Part shown: one piece after another, positions 29,465 through 64,000 of the stretch
Position numbering within the stretch: position 1 is the first letter of the stretch
Layout: the number at the start of each line of letters is the position of its first letter
Assembly: GCA_051294375.1 (NCBI GenBank)
Contig: CM119266.1
Span: 14,550,755 to 14,614,754, forward strand
Direction: 5' to 3'
From: Paraspadella gotoi
Lineage: Eukaryota > Animalia > Chaetognatha
Length of the DNA: 64,000 nt
Position numbers and translations under genes: made by a program
Notes under the pieces: model-generated
Database searches by the model: none
Seen by the model: the letters and a program-made list of their open reading frames with translations, nothing else
Told to the model about the DNA's origin: nothing

Positions 29465-29676
29465 ACACAAATAAAATCGTTGATGAAATTATTTTCAAAC
29501 TTTGCTTAAATCTCTAAACTCAACGAAGCTGAAAGGATTAATACAATAACACAATAACTAATACCAATAATGGATTAGTTTAATGCTGTTCCCGCTCCCG
29601 CTACTATAATCTTATAGTTAAACGCATGGATGCTATTTTACATATTTATCATTAACATTTTTAAAATTTATGATAC

Positions 29677-29888
29677 TGTGGACGAACATATAGAACATGC
29701 AACCTCGGTCAAACCACTTGACCTTAACAACTTGACCCCGCTCATCTCCCCCAGTTTATTTGTGGTCAAAACGTTGACCTTTGTAAATACCATTGTAATA
29801 GACTTAGCATCTGAGCATTTTGACTGTTATTGTTTATAACCTTGTTAAAGAATAAATCATTCTTGATCTGAAACTTGTGTCGTCCATA
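29677..29888 (+). mobile_element. Solo LTR (Gypsy-like)
   Basis: TGTGGACGA...TCGTCCATA terminal inverted ends, internal AATAAA (~29851), 4-bp TSD ATAC on both sides. Confidence 0.6.
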
Positions 29889-30015
29889 ATACTAACTTTT
29901 ATTTAACTTTTTGATCATTTTTTTTATGTATAGACTTTCGATTTTCGTTGTTTTTGGGCATTAGGAGAAAAACAATTTTTATTTGTTTTGACAACGAATT
30001 TTTTGACCGTTTTTG

Positions 30016-30058
30016 ACAGACATGTTTCGACTCTGCATTTTAGAGTCTTCATCAGTGC
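30016..30058 (-). ncRNA. Minimal type I hammerhead ribozyme (inverted pLTR)
   Basis: Reverse complement of 31343-31385. Confidence 0.75.
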
Positions 30059-30075
30059 TTTGACAATAATCAAGT

Positions 30076-30900
30076 TTGCGAGTGCTGGCAAAGCAGGGGA
30101 TCTCCACTTCAGTGACGACCCGCGCTTCTCTACGTGAGCAACTGGTGAAACCAAAAGACAAAATCCCCAGAACGAAAACATCAGGAGCCGTCTATTGGGC
30201 GGCCTGTGCCGGTACGGGCAACCAACCCTGCACAGCAGCATACGTGGGCGAGACCGGAAAATCTCTCTCAGATCGGTTCAAGCAGCATACGAAGCCATAC
30301 CGTGACTCACGTGGTCACTACCTGTCGGCTATCTCAGAACACTCAGTAACCTCTGGCCATCTGTTTAGAGAGACGGACTGTCTCGTGCTGTCCCATGACC
30401 AAAACTGGTTTTCAAGAGGTATTAGAGAGGCAATTTACATCAAAGCCCTCGAGCCCTCTCTGAACCGTGGAGGAAGTTTCGATCTCCCTCCAAGCTATGA
30501 TTCGCTCATCAAGTTGGTGGTGGAACGCCCAGAGCCGCCCCAACCGCACGGTGATTCCCCTGTCCCGACTCAACGGGTCAGGCGGAGGCCTCCCGGCAGG
30601 CAATGGACGAACTATACCTCTCTCGAACCTGTAGCAACTTGGTGCGACTCTTCTCGCACTGAGCGTCGCCCAAAGCGACGGCAACAGGAGGAAGGAGAGG
30701 AGTCTGTATCTCCTGCACCAAAACAGGCAAGAACAGGCACTAACCCACCTCACCGTCAGGTGAGAGGAGGGCTATCGGCAGGCCTATCAGGCCAGAGAGA
30801 TATTAGAGTGGCACTAGGCATCTTTCCAGGAGGATCCTTACCAGATCCTAAAATGTCTTGCTCTACAATCATATCGTCTCAGCCAATGACAAGCCAATGA
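30076..30900 (+). CDS. Penelope-type GIY-YIG endonuclease domain (RT part missing) with long basic C-terminal tail
   Basis: GAVYWAAC...C..AYVGETGKSLSDRFKQH...SAISEH...GH...REAIYI...PSLNR; CCHH-type motif of PLE endonucleases. Confidence 0.85.
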   Translation: MRVLAKQGISTSVTTRASLREQLVKPKDKIPRTKTSGAVYWAACAGTGNQPCTAAYVGETGKSLSDRFKQHTKPYRDSRGHYLSAISEHSVTSGHLFRETDCLVLSHDQNWFSRGIREAIYIKALEPSLNRGGSFDLPPSYDSLIKLVVERPEPPQPHGDSPVPTQRVRRRPPGRQWTNYTSLEPVATWCDSSRTERRPKRRQQEEGEESVSPAPKQARTGTNPPHRQVRGGLSAGLSGQRDIRVALGIFPGGSLPDPKMSCSTIISSQPMTSQ

Positions 30901-31342
30901 CCCGATCCAATAGCCAACGTCCCACCTTTGCCCGGCCGGGGGGAGGCCAGCTCATTTTGAGCTCTTTTTCTTACCTTAATTTTCACTAACACTTTTACTT
31001 ACCTATCCCTCATTACTTATTCTTCCATTTCAATTTCAACCTTTATTTATTTAATTAATTAATTTATCATTTTTCATTGTTATTATTAGTTTAAATTTTA
31101 AGTCTGTTAATTTCTTCTCTTTCCCTTTATCATTGTTGTACATTGTCCAATGTAAAGATTTTTTCTCTCTCTCCCATTCTCCCTCAATTTCAAATTTTCA
31201 CCAAACTCACTCCTCCCCTGTTCTTGCCTTCACCTGTCCTCACAATCTGACCACTATCCTTTACTCAATTCTTTGTTGGAAACTCTCTCTCTCTCTCTCT
31301 CTGTAACTCAATGTTAAAGAGAAAAACTTGATTATTGTCAAA

Positions 31343-31385
31343 GCACTGATGAAGACTCTAAAATGCAGAGTCGAAACATGTCTGT
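31343..31385 (+). ncRNA. Minimal type I hammerhead ribozyme (3' pLTR)
   Basis: GCA-CTGATGA-AGACTCT aaaatgc AGAGTC-GAAA-CATGTC-TGT. Confidence 0.8.
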
Positions 31386-32743
31386 CCAAAACTGTCATAA
31401 AATTCGTTGTCAAAACAAATAAAAATTGTTTTTCTCCTAATGATCATTTTTTTAAAAAAATTTGAATATAATAAAAAAATTTAAGTAATGCTTACATATT
31501 ATTTAATATTAAAATGCTTCTACGCATAAGGGAAATAAATTAATTTAAAATCTAACATTATAAATCAATTCGGTTATAAAAGGACAAAAGACCGTTTAAT
31601 ATTGTGAAATATGTTAAATTCTGGCCCGCCTTACTCTATATATTGTATTAGTAGATTGTAACATTAAATATTATATATTGTTTGAATGGTAAATATATAA
31701 TTTTACCTCTTTCTCGAACTCAATTAGTAAAAAATAAAAATCTATAGTAATCCCCTAATAAGGAATAAGAACTGACTTAAAAAGGTTAAATAGTAATATT
31801 TTTAATTAGTTTTGTCCAACAAATGTTCAATTATTATCGTAAGATTTAAGATAATTCAAAATATTAAAGAAAAATAAAAACTCTTTAGGAAGTAAATTTT
31901 TTCTCTTGGAGTACAAATCAGTCGTTCCTAAGAATGAGCTAAAACTTGATCGAAATCTTAACCGAGTAGTATCAGAATCGAAATCATCCAGTGATTTTAA
32001 GGGCAAAACGAGTTGGAGGATAATTAATAGAAGCCGAGGTAAGATACAAATGTACTAGATGCAGTAGGACAGGTTTGAAAATTTTTTTTACTGTTACGAA
32101 TAATCGAATACTATTCAATATTCATATTGAAATGGTAACAGTGAAGCGATATTTTTGGAGGTTGCAGTGACAAGGAGCTTGGTTTATTTATCACGCAGAA
32201 CCATGAATATTTTTTATTCACTGTTTTACCCATCTGCAACAGCTTGTTATCGGCGCTCGGCCCACCGCACTTGGATTTCGTCCTCACCGGCTATCCGTCG
32301 CTCATTTAGGCTTTTTTTTAACATATTGCTTCCATTTTATCATTTTTTAAGCATCCACAATTTGGTTAACTTAGTAAGATTGAAGCAAACTACTCACAAT
32401 ACAGAATTTTGAGATACGCCAGATAGTGACAGATACTTTATGAAGATAAATCGTAAATGGAACAAAAATTTATAGACACGATAACCGATAATACGATAAT
32501 ACGATTATGCGGTGCCCCAATTTCTTGAAAAGCCAGGGAATGAACCAGCTGAAATGAATCTCTTCACTCTTGTTATACATCGAAAAGAAAAAAGAAAAAA
32601 ACAAATCTTATGTACTAATCTAGAAAAAAAAAACAACTTTTTAGCTATTCAGTTCATAGAAGATTGTTCATGTTCAAACCTCGCGTCTCCTATTCGATTG
32701 TCGAGAATTCTACTTTTTTATTTACCCTTTCCGTACAGAAAAA

Positions 32744-33279
32744 ATGAAGGCGTCGGTTTGGATTTTGGCGTTGTTCTTGACTCTCACTCCTCTGGCGGCA
32801 GGCTTCGAAAAATGCGGGACAAAGGGCGTAGGGTCATCGCGCATCATCGGCGGAGTCAGAGCAGCTCACGGAGAGTTTCCGTGGATGGTGTCACTGAGGG
32901 TAAGTGCGGATTATATAACGAGATAAAACACATTTGACACCTCTCACTTAAGGTCGTCAATACGACGAGGTCAAGTTATTATTATTATTACACTTATTGT
33001 AAAGAGGATGCAAATTATACAACTAAAAATCATTAATGATAAAAACAGAAACGGAGATTGCATTTTCTCATTTTTCTCGTCAGTTTTCCTTCCTGGGCGC
33101 GACGGCTCACGTCTGCGGCGGATCATTGATCAACGACCGATGGGTTCTCACCGCCGCTCACTGCTTCGATAAATCGAGGGTAAGGCCTAGTTTTGTTGTT
33201 GTTGTTGTGGTTTTGGCGAGGACGACAGAGTTTCATAAGTACATATTTCGATGCTAAAATCGACAATTAAACGGTGGGG

Positions 33280-33310
<31 letters not shown>

Positions 33311-34479
33311 TAATGAAAATCTGCTATGAGTGTCGCCAAGTGGTGAGAAGCTGAAGGAAATCGACCCATATTTGGAATACGGGGATTTAGAGGTCGACGA
33401 TGACAGTGACTAATGACTTTTTGGTTTCAGATTGCGCAGTTTGTTTTTCTTTGTCAGACCGTTTAGCGAAGAGGTTGAAAAAGGTCAAAAATATAAAATA
33501 GAAAGAAGCGAACATTCGTCGTGGGTCAAGTTAAGGGTATTTTTGTTTTTACCCACGCCGTTTGGTTGTCGCAGGATCTTCGTAGGTTCGCCGTTCGAGT
33601 CGGTGAGTGGCGCCTCAACAGCGACGACGGAACAGAAAAAGACTTCGACATCAAAAAAATTGTTATCCACGAAAACTGGAATTCTCCAAATAAATTTCAA
33701 AATGACATCGCCCTGATCAAACTAACCCAGGTTAGAAATTTAAAATTCAAATTTTTAGTATCTCAACAACTTTATAATGTTTTTTTTGACGAATCAGCCT
33801 GTCGACATAAAAGGTCCGTTTGTCGGCACGATCTGCCTACCGGAGAAAATAAAAGACTATCGAGGAGAAAATTGCACCTTGACCGGGTGACTATTATTTC
33901 AATTATAATATAACTACAGATTTCCATTTAAATTAATAAATATATGACAACTAATATTTTATTTGACTAATTTGAAAATAAACAGGTGGGGTTATGTATC
34001 CTATCATCTTATATTTGGAGGAAAAAAAGCGAATTACCTGCAAAAAGTAACTGGACCAATTTGGAATGAAACGGTTCTTGAAGGGGTTTGGAGCGAAATG
34101 CTGCAACCGGGTAAATTACGATGCCAAATGTTTGCAAAAACTTTAATCATTGGCGCGATACAACTGATGCGCGAGTAAAAATTCTCGCTTCTGTATGAGC
34201 ATTTCAGTTTATGCAATGATCGACAAAATTGCTATCAATTAGCACACCATCCCCTCCTTCCCACTGTACTTTAAAGGCATGATCGGGTTTGGCTACGATA
34301 CCCATCGCTACGGCGACTGCAAGGGCGACTCTGGCGGCCCCCTTATCTGCCTTAACGACGCCGGTTTCTACGACGTCGCCGGCGTCGTTTCCTTCGGCAT
34401 GACTTTCTGCGACCTTCGTCCCGGAATTCTCACAGAAGTGACCTACTTTCGAGATTGGATTCGAGACCACCTAGACTGA
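32744..34479 (+). CDS. Secreted S1A (trypsin/chymotrypsin family) serine protease, 6 exons: 32744-32899, 33084-33179, 33575-33730, 33798-33886, 33986-34110, 34277-34479
   Basis: Signal peptide, CG..R-IIGG activation site, [37 protein letters not shown]; GT-AG introns in phase; AATAAA at ~34492. Confidence 0.93.
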
Positions 34480-34748
34480 TGTAGGGACGAGAATAAAAGG
34501 CTGCAAGTTTTTATATTGTTTATTTACTAATATTAGATTTTTCGTCTCATGCATTGGAATTTATCATCGCTTCTAGAGTTAAATACATATAGACCTACGA
34601 TTTCTCGTAGTCGCTCCCTAAGAGCGATTAGACCTATAGACAGGGATCGATTTTACGTCTTGGCTACGCCTCTCACGCTAACGGCTTTCTTTGCGACGAA
34701 TGTAAAAAACTATCATTCTCGACGTAATTGAAGTAAAGTATCTCGCGA

Positions 34749-63733
<28,985 letters not shown>

Positions 63734-64000
63734 CTGTGAAGGGAACAATTAAATAGCGAAAAATTTAAATTATGGGTAATTTTCGTATTGGGTATTGGGT
63801 AATGATGGCTACTGACGCTGTCTCTGGATCAGCCTCAGCATCGGTGTAAAGAGGGTAAAGATTTAAACCCTATGAAATCATAAATATCGAACAAGCAAGA
63901 TATCGATTCTTCACTATCAATAAACAAAACAATAAAAAATAAGAAATCTGAGATAAAATCTATTAAAAGCCTCAGTAACAGGGCCAATAACAATACTAAA

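Larger units (their letters stand above)
28681..29546 (+). mobile_element. Heavily 5'-truncated Penelope-like element with inverted pseudo-LTRs
   Basis: Inverted repeat ~28681-29065 / ~29288-29510; middle similar to 3' end of the element at 30875-31020; perfect 14-bp TSD TAACACAATAACTA (28667-28680, 29547-29560). Confidence 0.85.
28200..29592. repeat. Dispersed repeat interrupted by a Penelope-like insertion; uninterrupted inverted copy at ~52389-52930
   Basis: 28200-28680 plus 29561-29592 match the reverse complement of 52389-52930. Confidence 0.75.
29927..31440 (+). mobile_element. 5'-truncated Penelope-like retroelement with inverted pLTR at the 5' end
   Basis: GIY-YIG ORF; inverted repeat 29959-30077 / 31324-31442; flanking TGATCA(T)7-8A duplication. 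Confidence 0.85.

Overview
Eukaryotic (animal, probably spiralian-like invertebrate judging by the H2B tail) draft scaffold with three N gaps. 1-25 kb is mostly non-coding, rich in (AG)n/(GAC)n repeats and MITEs, with a few probable minus-strand exons. 25-32 kb is a TE nest: CRE-type LINE fragments, a solo LTR, and two Penelope-like insertions whose inverted pseudo-LTRs carry four minimal hammerhead ribozymes. A 6-exon S1 serine protease follows (32744-34479, +). From 34749 to at least 63733 a multi-exon minus-strand gene encodes three tandem 6TM-pore-CNBD repeats (CNGK/tetraKCNG-like), with three different selectivity filters and degenerate nucleotide-binding cassettes. Its introns host an H2B-H2A-H4-H3 histone quartet, a divergent H3 lacking the K27 region and carrying K36Q, orphan histone-type promoters, a 3.7-kb inverted duplication inside a TIR-bounded element, and a U6 snRNA gene. 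Exon boundaries were read by eye and may be off by a few bases.
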